This document shows, piece by piece, positions 1-10,419 of a stretch of 64,000 bases of DNA (position 1 is the stretch's first letter; every line of letters starts with the position of its first letter). The notes below the pieces were generated by a model. That model ran no database searches and had not been told where the DNA came from. It saw only the letters and a list, made by a program, of their open reading frames with translations. Source of the DNA: an uncultured delta proteobacterium (lineage in GTDB: Bacteria > Desulfobacterota > Desulfomonilia > UBA1062); assembly GCA_963798485.1 (NCBI GenBank), contig CAWCTR010000020.1, positions 32,001 through 96,000 on the forward strand, read 5' to 3'. The position numbers were made by a program, and so were the translations under genes.

Positions 1-2
1 AG

Positions 3-1820
3 GTGACGAATGTCAAGATCTCAGGGCAGACCCCGTATGTGAACGCCCAGTGCATGGCAGTTCGAAAAGACTGGGCGATCCTGGCCGGGATCCTTGACAA
101 GGCCCTGGATTCGATTTCCGTAACGGAACGCAATGCCATTTACAGGAAATGGCTGCCCACCAGCTATGAACACGGGTTCAACTACACCCTGCTCTGGGAG
201 GCTTTTGCCGTCTTCGCCGTGATCCTCCTGGGATTGATATTATGGATCAGGAGGCTTGCCAGTGAAATCAGGCATCGCAAAGAAGCGGAAGCGGCCTCAA
301 GCGAGAATGCTCGGCGATTCCGCCGGTTCTTCGACGTCGCTGCGGTGCCCTTGTGCCTCATCGATAAGGACGGCGTCTTCAAGGACTTCAACGACCATTT
401 CGTGAAGGCCTTCGGTTACACCAAGGATGACGCGCCGACCCTTGCCGGGTTGTTGCGGCTCGCCTATCCCGACCATGACTATCGGCGCTGGGTGGTCAAG
501 ACCTGGGAAGCCGCAGTACACCGTGCGCAGGAAAACAATACCGACATCGAACCCATGGAATACCGGGTGACCTGCAAGAACGGAGAGATACGCACCCTGG
601 TGATCACTGGGACCTACCTTGACGACGATCTCCTTGCCGCTTTCTTCGATATAACCGAGCGCAAGCAGGCAGAGGAGGCACGGGAGAACGCGTTACGCGA
701 CTGGGAATACATTTTCTGTGCAATCGGACAACCGACATTGATACTCGATCCCCACTTCAGGATACTGGAGGCGAATAGTTCTGCATTTAGTGCAACCGGG
801 CACTCAAGGCCGGAAATTATCGGCAAGATATGTTATGAGGTTTTCCATGGCACTGACCACCCACCCGATGATTGCCCTTTAAAAAGACTGACTGTCTCCG
901 GCGTTTTTGAGACAACGGAAATGGAGGTGGAGGCGTTGGGTGGTGTATACCTTGTCTCATGCACGCCTGTATTCGATAATGCAGCTCACCTGGTAAAGGT
1001 TATCCATATCGCCATGGATATCACAGGACGCAAAAAGGCAGAGGAAGAGATCAGCAGGCTCAATGCCGAGCTGGAGCAGCGTGTCATAGAGCGCACCGCC
1101 CAGCTTGAGGCAGCCAACAAAGATCTGGATGCCTTCTCCTATTCTGTGTCCCACGACCTGCGGGCGCCGCTACGGACCGTGGACGGCTATACGCGTATAC
1201 TGATGGAGGGTTTCGGCCCTTCTCTTACAGCCGAGGGACAGCGCCTCTGCACCGCCATCAGCGACAGCGCCCATGCCATGGGAAAGCTCATCGACAACCT
1301 GCTGGCCTTTTCCCGTTTCGGCCGGGCCGCCATGAAACCTTCGCCCGTGGACATGGCGGCCCTGGCGAATTCCATCTTCCTTGAGTTGACAAGCCCCGGA
1401 CAGCGGGAGCGGATCGATTTCATTGTGGGCCCGATGCCCCGGATACAGGGAGACCCCATGCTGCTCCGCCAGGTCTGGATGAACCTGCTTGGCAACGCAG
1501 TCAAGTTTTCTTCAAAGAAAGAGCGGTCCGTCATCGCAGTGAGCGCCGGGCCACAGGGGAATGAGTTCGTCTATTCCATAAGGGACAACGGCGTGGGCTT
1601 CGACATGCGCTACGCGGACAAACTCTTCGGCGTATTCCGGTGCCTGCACAGCTCGAAAGAGTTCGAGGGCACAGGCGTGGGCCTGGCCATTGTCAGGCGC
1701 ATCATAGAACGCCACGGGGGCCGGGTATGGGCGGAAGGGGAGCCGGGTAAAAGGGCGGTGTTTTATTTTACCATTAACCCCATCCCCACTCCAACCCTCC
1801 CCTTGAAGGGGAGGGAGTAA
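3..1820 (+). CDS. PAS-domain sensor histidine kinase (5' partial; periplasmic binding domain tail, TM, 2 PAS, HisKA, HATPase)
   Basis: H-box FSYSVSHDLRAPL, N-box NLLGNAVKF, G-boxes DNGVGF and GTGVGL; PAS C-terminal motifs DITERK/DITGRK; runs off the window start. Confidence 0.93.
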   Translation: MTNVKISGQTPYVNAQCMAVRKDWAILAGILDKALDSISVTERNAIYRKWLPTSYEHGFNYTLLWEAFAVFAVILLGLILWIRRLASEIRHRKEAEAASSENARRFRRFFDVAAVPLCLIDKDGVFKDFNDHFVKAFGYTKDDAPTLAGLLRLAYPDHDYRRWVVKTWEAAVHRAQENNTDIEPMEYRVTCKNGEIRTLVITGTYLDDDLLAAFFDITERKQAEEARENALRDWEYIFCAIGQPTLILDPHFRILEANSSAFSATGHSRPEIIGKICYEVFHGTDHPPDDCPLKRLTVSGVFETTEMEVEALGGVYLVSCTPVFDNAAHLVKVIHIAMDITGRKKAEEEISRLNAELEQRVIERTAQLEAANKDLDAFSYSVSHDLRAPLRTVDGYTRILMEGFGPSLTAEGQRLCTAISDSAHAMGKLIDNLLAFSRFGRAAMKPSPVDMAALANSIFLELTSPGQRERIDFIVGPMPRIQGDPMLLRQVWMNLLGNAVKFSSKKERSVIAVSAGPQGNEFVYSIRDNGVGFDMRYADKLFGVFRCLHSSKEFEGTGVGLAIVRRIIERHGGRVWAEGEPGKRAVFYFTINPIPTPTLPLKGRE

Positions 1821-1949
1821 ATAGCATGGTTTCCCCATGAAAGGTAGAGAGAAAAGGTCACGATCTCCCCTTGAAAGAGAGTAAACTATGTTCGATCTTT
1901 ACAATGTTTTCTTCCTCCCCCTTCAAGGGGGAGGTTAGGAGGGGGATGG
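1778..1949. repeat. Cluster of REP-like palindromic repeats (CCCTCCCCTTGAAGGGGAGGG type)
   Basis: Full copy at 1778-1817, degenerate copies near 1831-1850 and 1865-1882, inverted copy CTCCCCCTTCAAGGGGGAGGTTAGGAGGGGGATGG near 1915-1949. Confidence 0.8.
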
Positions 1950-2140
1950 AGTAAGGGTAAAGGCGCTATGTTTTTTTCAATAGTAGCGTGAATCGTAAGA
2001 AAAGGATTCCGTATTTCACCCCTTACCAGATACGAGATACGCTTCACGCCTAAAAGACGCCTAATAAATATCCCCCCATTATGCCGATATGGATAGAGAC
2101 AAGTCTCGTAGACTGCGCACAGGAGGAAGAGCAACTACGC

Positions 2141-4522
2141 ATGGCCAAAGATAAGACACAAGGTCTTTCACGGAAACCGCCCGTGATACATGAAAAAGAC
2201 ACGGCCCATGCTTTAGCACGGCAACTGAACCATGCCCAGGCCCTGGCGAAGTTTTCTCACATCCTCCTGATGGATGAGAACCCTGCAGCGACCCTGGATA
2301 GGGCCCTTGAAGAACTCCTTGAGTCAAGTAGCGCCGATCGTATCTATATATTCCAGAATTTCATCGATCCGAATAAAGATCTCTGCACATGCATGACCCA
2401 TGAGGTGTGCGCCCCGGGTATCCACTCCGAGAGAGAAAACACCAGGCTGCAGCATGTGTCTTATGCGCTCAGCCATCCACGATGGGTGAAGATTCTTGGC
2501 GAAGGTTCACCCGTCAAGGGCCTGGTGCGTGACTTCCCCCCTGAGGAACAGAGACTGTTCGCCACGCAGAATATCGTATCCGTCCTGATACTGCCTTTGT
2601 ATATCCAGTGGCATTGGGACGGCTTCATCGGTTTTGACGATACACGTAACGAAAGAGAATGGGACGAAGAGGATGTCGCCTTACTGAAAACCGCCGCAGA
2701 TATGATCGGTTCTTACCTGATCAAAAAAGTGGCCCTTGAACAGTCCCAGAGATACCAGACCAGGTTGAATGCACAGCTGCCGGTGTCACATGCGGTCCTC
2801 CAGATGCCCACCTTCGAGGACGCGGTGAGTGATATCCTGAAACAGGTCCGGAAACTGACCGGTGCATATTCATGCATGCTCATCATGGAAGGGGAGACTC
2901 CCTCCAGCGATATAATGGTTATCGAGATACCCATATCGGACAGCACAATCGGGCGATCTTTTGGTCAGGACCTCTCACGGCTCAGGGATGAGTATGCCAA
3001 GAATTCCTCCCCTGTCTTCATATCGAGACTCGATCTGATACCGGCATCCGGGATGGGGCTTGAGGATGATGCCACCCTGGCCGCACCCATTATCATAAAC
3101 GGATATACCTCAGGGTTTCTGATCATTTCAGAAGGGCCCGAGGGGTTCTCGAATGAAGATGTGCAGACACTCGCCGCCTTTGCCGAGTTCGTCACTATAG
3201 CCCGGATGAACAGCCGGATGCTCAAATCATTAGATGCAAGCGAGAAAAAGTTTCGAATGGTCGCACAATCGGCGAATGACGCCATCATATCCACAGACAC
3301 CCAGGGACGGATAATCTTCTGGAACTCTATGGCCGAAGGGACCTTCGGATTTAAAGAGGGTGAAGCGCGGGATCTGAACATCGCGGCCATCATCCCTGAC
3401 CGGTTCCTGCAGGCCTTCCGCAACGAGATGAACAAGATCCTCCGGCAGGCACAAAAAGGCATTCTCCCCGAGTCTGATCATGTGGGGTTCACCGCAGATA
3501 TCATCGGCAGGAGAAAGATAGGCAGCGAGTTCCCCATGGAGGTATCCATCTCCACATGGGAATCGGAAGGCGAACAATATTTCACCTATATCATCCACGA
3601 TATAACCGAGAGGAAGCGGCTTGAAAATTCGCTCAAACAGGAAACCGAAGAACTGAAGGAAACTAAAGAAAAACTCACGGCCAAAAACCGCGAGCTGGAG
3701 AATGCGAATCTGGAGATCAAGACCACCCAGGCCCACATCCTTCAACAAGAGAAGATGGCCTCCATCGGGCAGCTTGCCGCGGGTGTAGCCCATGAGATCA
3801 ACAACCCCATGGGCTTTATCTCGAGCAATCTCGGCTCGCTCGATAAGTATGTTGACAAGATAAACGACTTCCTGGCGTTCCAGGACGATATCCTGAAGGA
3901 TATATGCACGGACGAACACATGACCCTGATGGGGGAGAAGAAGAAGACCCTCAAGGTTGACTATATCTTACAGGACATCAAAGACCTGGTGAGGGAATCT
4001 CAGGAGGGGGCACAAAGGGTTAAGAAGATCGTGGCCGACCTCAAGGGATTCTCCCGCGCAGACCAGTCCGAATTTAAACATGCCGATATCAACGAGTGCA
4101 TGGAAAGCACCATCAATCTCGTATGGAACGAGCTCAAGTACAAGACCCAGGTGATCCGCGACTATGGCACATTGCCCTTTACAAAATGCTATCCCCAGCA
4201 GCTCAACCAGGTCTTCATGAACCTGCTGGTAAATGCAGCCCATGCCATAGAGAAGCAGGGGATTATAACCGTAAGTTCAACCAGAAACGACGAATGCATC
4301 AGGGTCTCGGTGTCTGATACCGGATCGGGCATCCCCGAAGAGATACGCCGGCGGATCTTCGAGCCTTTCTTCACCACAAAAGAGGTGGGCAAAGGGACAG
4401 GGCTCGGGTTGAGCATAACCTACGACATAGTGAAAAAACATGGCGGTGATATCAGGGTGGAGAGCGAAGTCGGAAAAGGGACCACGTTCACCGTAAGCAT
4501 CCCAATCGTGGAGGAACGTTAA
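2141..4522 (+). CDS. GAF-GAF-PAS sensor histidine kinase (NtrB-like)
   Basis: [22 protein letters not shown]-box, [31 protein letters not shown]; start 2141 (MAKDK) or 2081. Confidence 0.93.
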   Translation: MAKDKTQGLSRKPPVIHEKDTAHALARQLNHAQALAKFSHILLMDENPAATLDRALEELLESSSADRIYIFQNFIDPNKDLCTCMTHEVCAPGIHSERENTRLQHVSYALSHPRWVKILGEGSPVKGLVRDFPPEEQRLFATQNIVSVLILPLYIQWHWDGFIGFDDTRNEREWDEEDVALLKTAADMIGSYLIKKVALEQSQRYQTRLNAQLPVSHAVLQMPTFEDAVSDILKQVRKLTGAYSCMLIMEGETPSSDIMVIEIPISDSTIGRSFGQDLSRLRDEYAKNSSPVFISRLDLIPASGMGLEDDATLAAPIIINGYTSGFLIISEGPEGFSNEDVQTLAAFAEFVTIARMNSRMLKSLDASEKKFRMVAQSANDAIISTDTQGRIIFWNSMAEGTFGFKEGEARDLNIAAIIPDRFLQAFRNEMNKILRQAQKGILPESDHVGFTADIIGRRKIGSEFPMEVSISTWESEGEQYFTYIIHDITERKRLENSLKQETEELKETKEKLTAKNRELENANLEIKTTQAHILQQEKMASIGQLAAGVAHEINNPMGFISSNLGSLDKYVDKINDFLAFQDDILKDICTDEHMTLMGEKKKTLKVDYILQDIKDLVRESQEGAQRVKKIVADLKGFSRADQSEFKHADINECMESTINLVWNELKYKTQVIRDYGTLPFTKCYPQQLNQVFMNLLVNAAHAIEKQGIITVSSTRNDECIRVSVSDTGSGIPEEIRRRIFEPFFTTKEVGKGTGLGLSITYDIVKKHGGDIRVESEVGKGTTFTVSIPIVEER

Positions 4523-4523
4523 T

Positions 4524-5333
4524 ATGGATGATCATATCCGGATCTTGTGTGTCGATGATGAGGCATCGATCCTGAAGGCCCTGGCTAGGATGTTCATGGA
4601 CTCGTCATACGAGATCCTGACCGCAGACACCGCAGAAGAAGGGTTGAGAGTGCTTGAGAAGACTTATCCCATACAGGTCGTTGTGTCCGACTACCGGATG
4701 CCGGGCATGAACGGGGTTGATTTCCTGCGGGAGGTCTGCAAACAATGGCCCGATACCGTACGGATAGTGCTCTCGGGCTATGCCGATACGGCCAGCGTGG
4801 TGGCGGCAATCAATGAAGGCGAGATCTACAAGTTCATCCCCAAGCCATGGAACGACGACGAGCTCAAGGTAACCATTTCAAACGCTGTCGAACGGTATAT
4901 GCTCCACCAGAGCAACAAGGAGCTTACCAAAAGGCTCTCCGATGCGAATGAAGAACTAAGCCTGATCAACAATAACCTGGAGATGATCGTCAAGGAACGC
5001 ACCGATGAACTCCTGTTCCAGAACTCGGCGCTGCGCAGGTCCCAGAATATCCTCAACTTCCTGCCTTTTGCCGTCATGGGGCTTGACCTTGACGGGACCA
5101 TGGTACTGACCAATAAGAAAAGCAGGGAACTGTTCAGTGAAGCCACCCTCGGGAACGGATTGTCGCATGTATTCCACGACCGGGCAGAGGGCCTTTTGGC
5201 CGATGTGGTCCGGAATGGAGCCATGACCGCACCCTTGACATATAACGGCGCCACGTTGAGGGTCAACGGCATCATGATGTCCGAAGATGAAGGCCAGCAA
5301 GGTATTGTCATGGTTTTCCAAGAGGAGAAATGA
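4524..5333 (+). CDS. Response regulator with coiled coil and C-terminal PAS-like domain
   Basis: ILCVDDE, VVSDYRMPGMNG, FIPKPW receiver motifs. Confidence 0.9.
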   Translation: MDDHIRILCVDDEASILKALARMFMDSSYEILTADTAEEGLRVLEKTYPIQVVVSDYRMPGMNGVDFLREVCKQWPDTVRIVLSGYADTASVVAAINEGEIYKFIPKPWNDDELKVTISNAVERYMLHQSNKELTKRLSDANEELSLINNNLEMIVKERTDELLFQNSALRRSQNILNFLPFAVMGLDLDGTMVLTNKKSRELFSEATLGNGLSHVFHDRAEGLLADVVRNGAMTAPLTYNGATLRVNGIMMSEDEGQQGIVMVFQEEK

Positions 5334-5334
5334 T

Positions 5335-6309
5335 ATGCGCTCCCTCCTTTTTGTAGATGACGAGCAACATATCCTTTCTTCCCTGGAGAGATTATTCTCG
5401 TGCCTGGATTACACGGCTTTTTATTGCAACAATCCGCGCGATGCCCTCGACCTGCTGAGGCATGAAGAGGTTTCCGTCATGGTCTCGGACAATTGCATGC
5501 CCGGCATGACGGGCATCGAGCTGATGTCCAAGGCCCGGTCGGTCTCGCCGGATACGGTGAAAATTCTCATGACCGCTCATGCCGATATGGAAACCGCCAT
5601 CGAGGCCATTAACCTCTGCGAGGTATTCCGTTTCGTTACCAAGCCCTGGGATAACGATGAACTGGTTTCCGTGGTGGAACAAGGCGTCAACAGGTACAAC
5701 ATCATCCAGTCCATGAGAAGTCCGGAGGAGGCGAACCTCCTCTCGCTTGCCCAGACCATTGAACTCAAAGATCCCTACACCAAGGGCCATTGCGACAGGG
5801 TGGCCGGATATGCCTTGATCATAGCAGACTCTCTGGGGCTATCTGCCCGGCAAAAAAGCGATATCCGTCACGGCAGTTGGCTGCACGATTGCGGAAAAAT
5901 CGGGATACCCGAGTCGACCCTAAATAAGCCCGGGAAACTAACCGATGAAGAGATGGCCATCATCCGGAAACACCCTGACTGGGGCGCCGAGGTGGCGCGC
6001 CTTGCCAACAGATCACCGGCCATTGTCAACATCATACGTTACCACCACGAGGCATATGACGGCACCGGCTACCCGACAGGGATTCATGGAGACGATATCC
6101 CCCTGGAGGCCCGCATAGTAACCGTGGCCGATGTGTTTGACGCGCTGACCAGCACCAGGCCCTACCGCAAAGCCTACGGCCTCGAAGAGGCGCTGAACGT
6201 TATGGAAGGTATGCGCGGAAAGGTCCTTGACCCCGGTCTCTTCGACCTCTTCCTGAAAAGTCCGGCGGCAATGCCTGCTGCTGATACGGCCATAAGGATG
6301 GCTAAATGA
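5335..6309 (+). CDS. Response regulator with HD-GYP c-di-GMP phosphodiesterase domain
   Basis: Receiver (LFVDDE, SDNCMPG, KPW); LHDCGK and HHEAYDGTGYP; start at ATG 5335 just after the upstream stop. Confidence 0.92.
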   Translation: MRSLLFVDDEQHILSSLERLFSCLDYTAFYCNNPRDALDLLRHEEVSVMVSDNCMPGMTGIELMSKARSVSPDTVKILMTAHADMETAIEAINLCEVFRFVTKPWDNDELVSVVEQGVNRYNIIQSMRSPEEANLLSLAQTIELKDPYTKGHCDRVAGYALIIADSLGLSARQKSDIRHGSWLHDCGKIGIPESTLNKPGKLTDEEMAIIRKHPDWGAEVARLANRSPAIVNIIRYHHEAYDGTGYPTGIHGDDIPLEARIVTVADVFDALTSTRPYRKAYGLEEALNVMEGMRGKVLDPGLFDLFLKSPAAMPAADTAIRMAK

Positions 6310-6318
6310 TCGCGTACG

Positions 6319-7197
6319 ATGACAGGGAAGACAAGAATGGAGGAAAGATTGGAGCTCGATGAGCTGCTGAAAAAACTCGACAAAATATCGGGCATACCCA
6401 CCCTGCCCTCTGTCGCCCTCCATGTAAACGAGCTGCTGAGCGACCCTAAGGCACCTGTCCAGAAGCTTGGCGAGATCATCATCAAAGACCAGGCAATGAC
6501 CTCGAACATTCTCAGACTTGTAAACTCTGCCTTCTACGGGTTTCAGGGCAAGATAGAGAGCATACAGCGCGCCATCATGGTCCTTGGAGTCGAGACGGTC
6601 AGGAACTCGGTGCTTGCCGTATCGGTGATCCAGAGTTTTCCCAAGGGATCGAATCTTGAATGGTTCGACATGCCTGCACTGTGGAGGCATTCCATCGCCG
6701 TTGCCGTCACCTGCCGTCACCTTTCCAAGAGAGTGCCTCTGGAGCAGCCTGACAACTGCTTCTTAGGCGGGCTTGTGCACGACCTGGGCAAGGTGATCAT
6801 AGTCCAGCATCTGGCAAAAGAGTATGCCGAGGCCCTCGACCTTATCAAAACCGGCGTGACCTTCCACGATGCCGAAGTAATAACCGCCCGGCCCGGCCAC
6901 GACGCCATCGGGGGAGCCCTGGCACAGAAGTGGCGGTTCCCTCCCCGGATCATTGAGGCCATCAAATATCATCATGAGCCGAACAAGAATCAACAACAGG
7001 ACGGACTCAGCCTCATGGTTCATGGCGCCGACACCATAGTGAACGCCTTGATGGCAATAACCCCCACTACACCCACGATAACCGCAAGCCCCCATGATTA
7101 CCTCGACGCCTGGCTTGAAGCCATTGCAGACGCCCCGAAATGGTTTAAAGAGATACTGCCCGAGATCGAGGCAGCCTGGACGTTTTATAATATCTGA
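6319..7197 (+). CDS. HDOD domain protein
   Basis: IPTLP, ILRLVNSAFY, LWRHSIAVA, GLVHDLGK, WRFP..I.YHH. Confidence 0.92.
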   Translation: MTGKTRMEERLELDELLKKLDKISGIPTLPSVALHVNELLSDPKAPVQKLGEIIIKDQAMTSNILRLVNSAFYGFQGKIESIQRAIMVLGVETVRNSVLAVSVIQSFPKGSNLEWFDMPALWRHSIAVAVTCRHLSKRVPLEQPDNCFLGGLVHDLGKVIIVQHLAKEYAEALDLIKTGVTFHDAEVITARPGHDAIGGALAQKWRFPPRIIEAIKYHHEPNKNQQQDGLSLMVHGADTIVNALMAITPTTPTITASPHDYLDAWLEAIADAPKWFKEILPEIEAAWTFYNI

Positions 7198-7253
7198 ACA
7201 CGGGTGACATCTCGGGTATCTAAACGAGATGAAGGGTAAGACACCACTTATAA

Positions 7254-7775
7254 TCACCGATCCATCCGGTGAACCCCTCCTTTAACCCCCATCCTCTTTG
7301 GACCCTTCTCTTCCGTAGGTTTCCAATCCTTCAGGAGTTTCTTCGCCTCTGCAACCTGCTGCGTGGTCATCTTCTTAGTTACCGTCGTCATGAGCGCAGG
7401 GGCCTGTTTGCTCCCCTGCCTCTTTGCCAGTTCAAACCACATATAGGCCAGGACATAGTTCTGCGGTACACCCCTGCCGAGACGATACATGTTGCCGAGC
7501 TGAGTCTGTGCAACAGGATTGCCCTGCCGTGCCGCCCTGCCGTACCATTCAGCCGCCTTGGTAAAATTCCGGTTCACACCCTGACCGGTCTCATAGAGGT
7601 ATGCAACGAATACCTGTGCCTTGGCATCTCCTTGTTCGGCGGGTAATAGATTTTCACGGAATTCCGTGCTGGATGAACCATCATCAGAGGAGTAAGCACG
7701 CAACGGCAATGAATGAAAAACAAGACAAGTGCTGTGGAGGACCACAAGCAGTCCTATAACGAAAATCCTCCGCAT
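7254..7775 (-). CDS. Secreted Sel1-repeat protein
   Basis: Signal peptide; AEQGDAKAQ..G.GV and AARQGNPVAQTQLGNMY..GRGVPQ Sel1 repeats. Confidence 0.88.
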   Translation of the reverse strand: MRRIFVIGLLVVLHSTCLVFHSLPLRAYSSDDGSSSTEFRENLLPAEQGDAKAQVFVAYLYETGQGVNRNFTKAAEWYGRAARQGNPVAQTQLGNMYRLGRGVPQNYVLAYMWFELAKRQGSKQAPALMTTVTKKMTTQQVAEAKKLLKDWKPTEEKGPKRMGVKGGVHRMDR

Positions 7776-8011
7776 TCATTCCCCTTAAAAGATAAGTCAA
7801 CAAATAACATTCTTGAAATCCTGCACTCACATTAAGGTCATTTCACCGGCAAGTCAACTCTCTGAATGTCGATCATGGCAAGTCAAAGTCCTCTGAGAAA
7901 AAAGCGGCAATTTTCCGCATTGCCCTTACACTGCAAAACGGTTATGTTATACAATATCAATTCATAGATTGTATTCATGAAAATTCGAATTGCATTATAA
8001 GGGGGGAAGAG

Positions 8012-9499
8012 ATGAGAATTTTGCGGGCCTTCTCTATTGTAATGTTGTGTCTTTTTACACAGGCAGGTTTATGTCTGGGCCTTGAGATCAAGAAGGTGAT
8101 TCTATTCAACGATCAGGCATTGGTGAGCTTTGAACACGAGATAGGCGGTCATCTCTTCATCGATGCCCCCCCTGAGATTGTGCCGGACTCACTGGCGCTT
8201 ACACCCCTTGCGGGCGGATCGGTCCGCTCGGTAAGTGTCGAGCCTTCAAGGACCATGTCCGGAAAGGTTAAGGTCATCAAGGATACCCTTTCCAAAAGAC
8301 AGGCCGCCCTTGCAATACTCAAAAGGGACCAGGCCATGTTGGAAAAACAGATAGATATCATCTATGATGCAGCCGGGTCAAAGGGCAAGGCGACAGCCTT
8401 TGAAAAGACACGCCTCGCTGATGCTTTAGGGTTTATTGAGAGCAGGGTTACTACACTGAATAATCGCATTGTTGAACTCGCTGGAAAGACTGAGATGATC
8501 GAGGTCGATATCAAAGATTTGCAGAACCAGCTGAACAAGGTCAGCCGGAACCCCGGATATAAGATCGACATCGCAGGGAACGGCCAGGTGGAGATATCCT
8601 ATATCATCAGGGCGGCATCCTGGAGACCCGAGTACCATGTATATGCATCTCCCGGTTCATCAGAGCTCATTATCGAATCATTCGCGCGTGCACAACAGAC
8701 CAGCGGCATGGATTGGGATATCGATGAAATGCTCGTATCCACTGGCAGACCGAGTTCGGGAATCGTCGCGCCCGAACTCCAACCGTGGTACCTCTACAAG
8801 ACAAAAAGACGCAACGCCAAACTCAGTGCGGAATCGTATGATATGGCACCAATGGCAAGCGCTTCGCCGGCGGATGAAGCAGGGGCATCCGTCGAGGTCA
8901 CGACCACGTCATATCTCATCGGGGCGGCAAAGAATATACATCTGTCCGGCGACGGCACCCCTGCAACTATCAAGGTCGCCAAGCAGTCTCTTAAGGCCGA
9001 TTTCTCCCTGGTAAGCATCCCCAAGTACAGCCAGTCCGCCTATCTCCGGGCTGACTTTACCCTTCAAGGCGATTCACCCCTGGTGCCGGGATCATATTCT
9101 TCCTTTGTAGATGGTGTATTTTCCGGCCATGGAGAGATGAAGCGATCCGAGCCGGGCCAGAAGACATATCTGGACCTGGGTGTGGATGAGGGGATCAAGA
9201 TCGATAGGAAAGAGACCCAGGCCTTCCATGATAAAACCATTGGCGGCAAAGAACGGGTAACATATTCCTATGAGACCACTATTGAGAACACCCGGAAACT
9301 CAAGGCCTCGGTCACCGTCAAAGACCAGATACCCATCTCACGCGATAAGACCATCGAGGTTGACCTCATCAAGACAGACCCGGAGGTGAACCCGGATCAG
9401 GACGGTATCCTCACCTGGGTCATCGACATGGAGCCGAAGCAGAAAAAGAAGGCTGTTTTCACGTTCTCCATCATCGGGAATGCCCATGACATAAAGTGA
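8012..9499 (+). CDS. DUF4139/DUF4140 (MuiA-like) exported protein
   Basis: Signal peptide, coiled coil, ASWRPEY, QQTSGMDW..STGRP, VKDQIPIS motifs. Confidence 0.8.
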   Translation: MRILRAFSIVMLCLFTQAGLCLGLEIKKVILFNDQALVSFEHEIGGHLFIDAPPEIVPDSLALTPLAGGSVRSVSVEPSRTMSGKVKVIKDTLSKRQAALAILKRDQAMLEKQIDIIYDAAGSKGKATAFEKTRLADALGFIESRVTTLNNRIVELAGKTEMIEVDIKDLQNQLNKVSRNPGYKIDIAGNGQVEISYIIRAASWRPEYHVYASPGSSELIIESFARAQQTSGMDWDIDEMLVSTGRPSSGIVAPELQPWYLYKTKRRNAKLSAESYDMAPMASASPADEAGASVEVTTTSYLIGAAKNIHLSGDGTPATIKVAKQSLKADFSLVSIPKYSQSAYLRADFTLQGDSPLVPGSYSSFVDGVFSGHGEMKRSEPGQKTYLDLGVDEGIKIDRKETQAFHDKTIGGKERVTYSYETTIENTRKLKASVTVKDQIPISRDKTIEVDLIKTDPEVNPDQDGILTWVIDMEPKQKKKAVFTFSIIGNAHDIK

Positions 9500-9554
9500 T
9501 TTGAGGGATATGAATGAACCGTAAACGTTGGGACTAGGCCTTATACGGAGGCGG

Positions 9555-10202
9555 TTAGAAATCGCATATCAACTTATCCGCCTTTCCCTTAAGTATTTGC
9601 GCCTCTGCCTTCTGTCCTATGCGATCCAGCAAGTCGGTGGTTCGCAGGGAGGGAATTTCATATTCCGGATGGAGTCGGGCGGCGAGCTCGAAGGTTTGTA
9701 TTGCTTCCATCACCTTTCCCCTTTTCACATACTGTTCCCCGAGCATAATCCAAGCCTTCAGGGAATCGGGCTTGAGCTGCAATGCCTTCTGCAGCCGGGA
9801 TATCAGATCGGTCGCAATCGTAGCGCTGAAAAGATACGGCAGGTAATTCCCCGGCTCAAGCCCTGCCGCCTCTTCAAAGTACCGGTTGGCTTGAACCGGA
9901 TCATTCCGGACTTGCATAAGGACCAAACCGTCATGGAGTAAAAGCTCGAAGCGAGATGATCGGAGCTGAAGATGTCGATCGAGAACATCTGCTCCTTCTG
10001 CTCTCGACCATTTTTCAAAAAAGTCGTGGCCCGATCCGGCTGCAGAGTCCGGAAACGGATCGCAACCATAGAACTCCAGACGCTCCCGGACATGGTCTTT
10101 CTGCATACGGTTCTGCCGGACATACGAACGTGCAATCCGCGCAAGCTTTCTATCTGAGCAATAAGAGCAGGTTTCGTCATCAGTTGGGATTGATTTTCTC
10201 AT
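9555..10202 (-). CDS. TPR-containing hypothetical protein
   Basis: Helical TPR-like units (LQKALQLKPDSLKAWIMLG..), N-terminal CxxC. Confidence 0.65.
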   Translation of the reverse strand: MRKSIPTDDETCSYCSDRKLARIARSYVRQNRMQKDHVRERLEFYGCDPFPDSAAGSGHDFFEKWSRAEGADVLDRHLQLRSSRFELLLHDGLVLMQVRNDPVQANRYFEEAAGLEPGNYLPYLFSATIATDLISRLQKALQLKPDSLKAWIMLGEQYVKRGKVMEAIQTFELAARLHPEYEIPSLRTTDLLDRIGQKAEAQILKGKADKLICDF

Positions 10203-10227
10203 GTACTGATTTGAGAGAGTAAATATT

Positions 10228-10304
10228 TGGTCGGGACGAGAGGATTTGAACCTCCGACCCCCTGAACCCCATTCAGGTGCGCTACCGGACTGCGCTACGT
10301 CCCG
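10228..10304 (-). tRNA. tRNA-Pro(GGG)
   Basis: 77-nt cloverleaf CGGGACG..CGTCCCG-ACCA; anticodon arm CCTGA-ATGGGGT-TCAGG; T loop GGTTCAAATCC. Confidence 0.97.
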
Positions 10305-10419
10305 AAACCGCCATTCTTGCTAGCACAGCCATCTTTGGGGTGTCAAGGACAAGGCGATTTATTTGGCTTGCAGCTTACGGTGCCGGGCAGAGGGCAAAGA
10401 CCTCGAACCCTTATGAGCC

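Noticed and set aside
1886-2134. 82-aa minus-strand ORF and the many other shadow ORFs in the track
   Set aside because: This one translates the REP-like repeat (PPPNLPLEGGG); the others lie antisense or out of frame to well-supported genes.
9555-10304. Island at tRNA-Pro(GGG)
   Set aside because: No downstream duplication of its 3' end and no mobility genes were seen.
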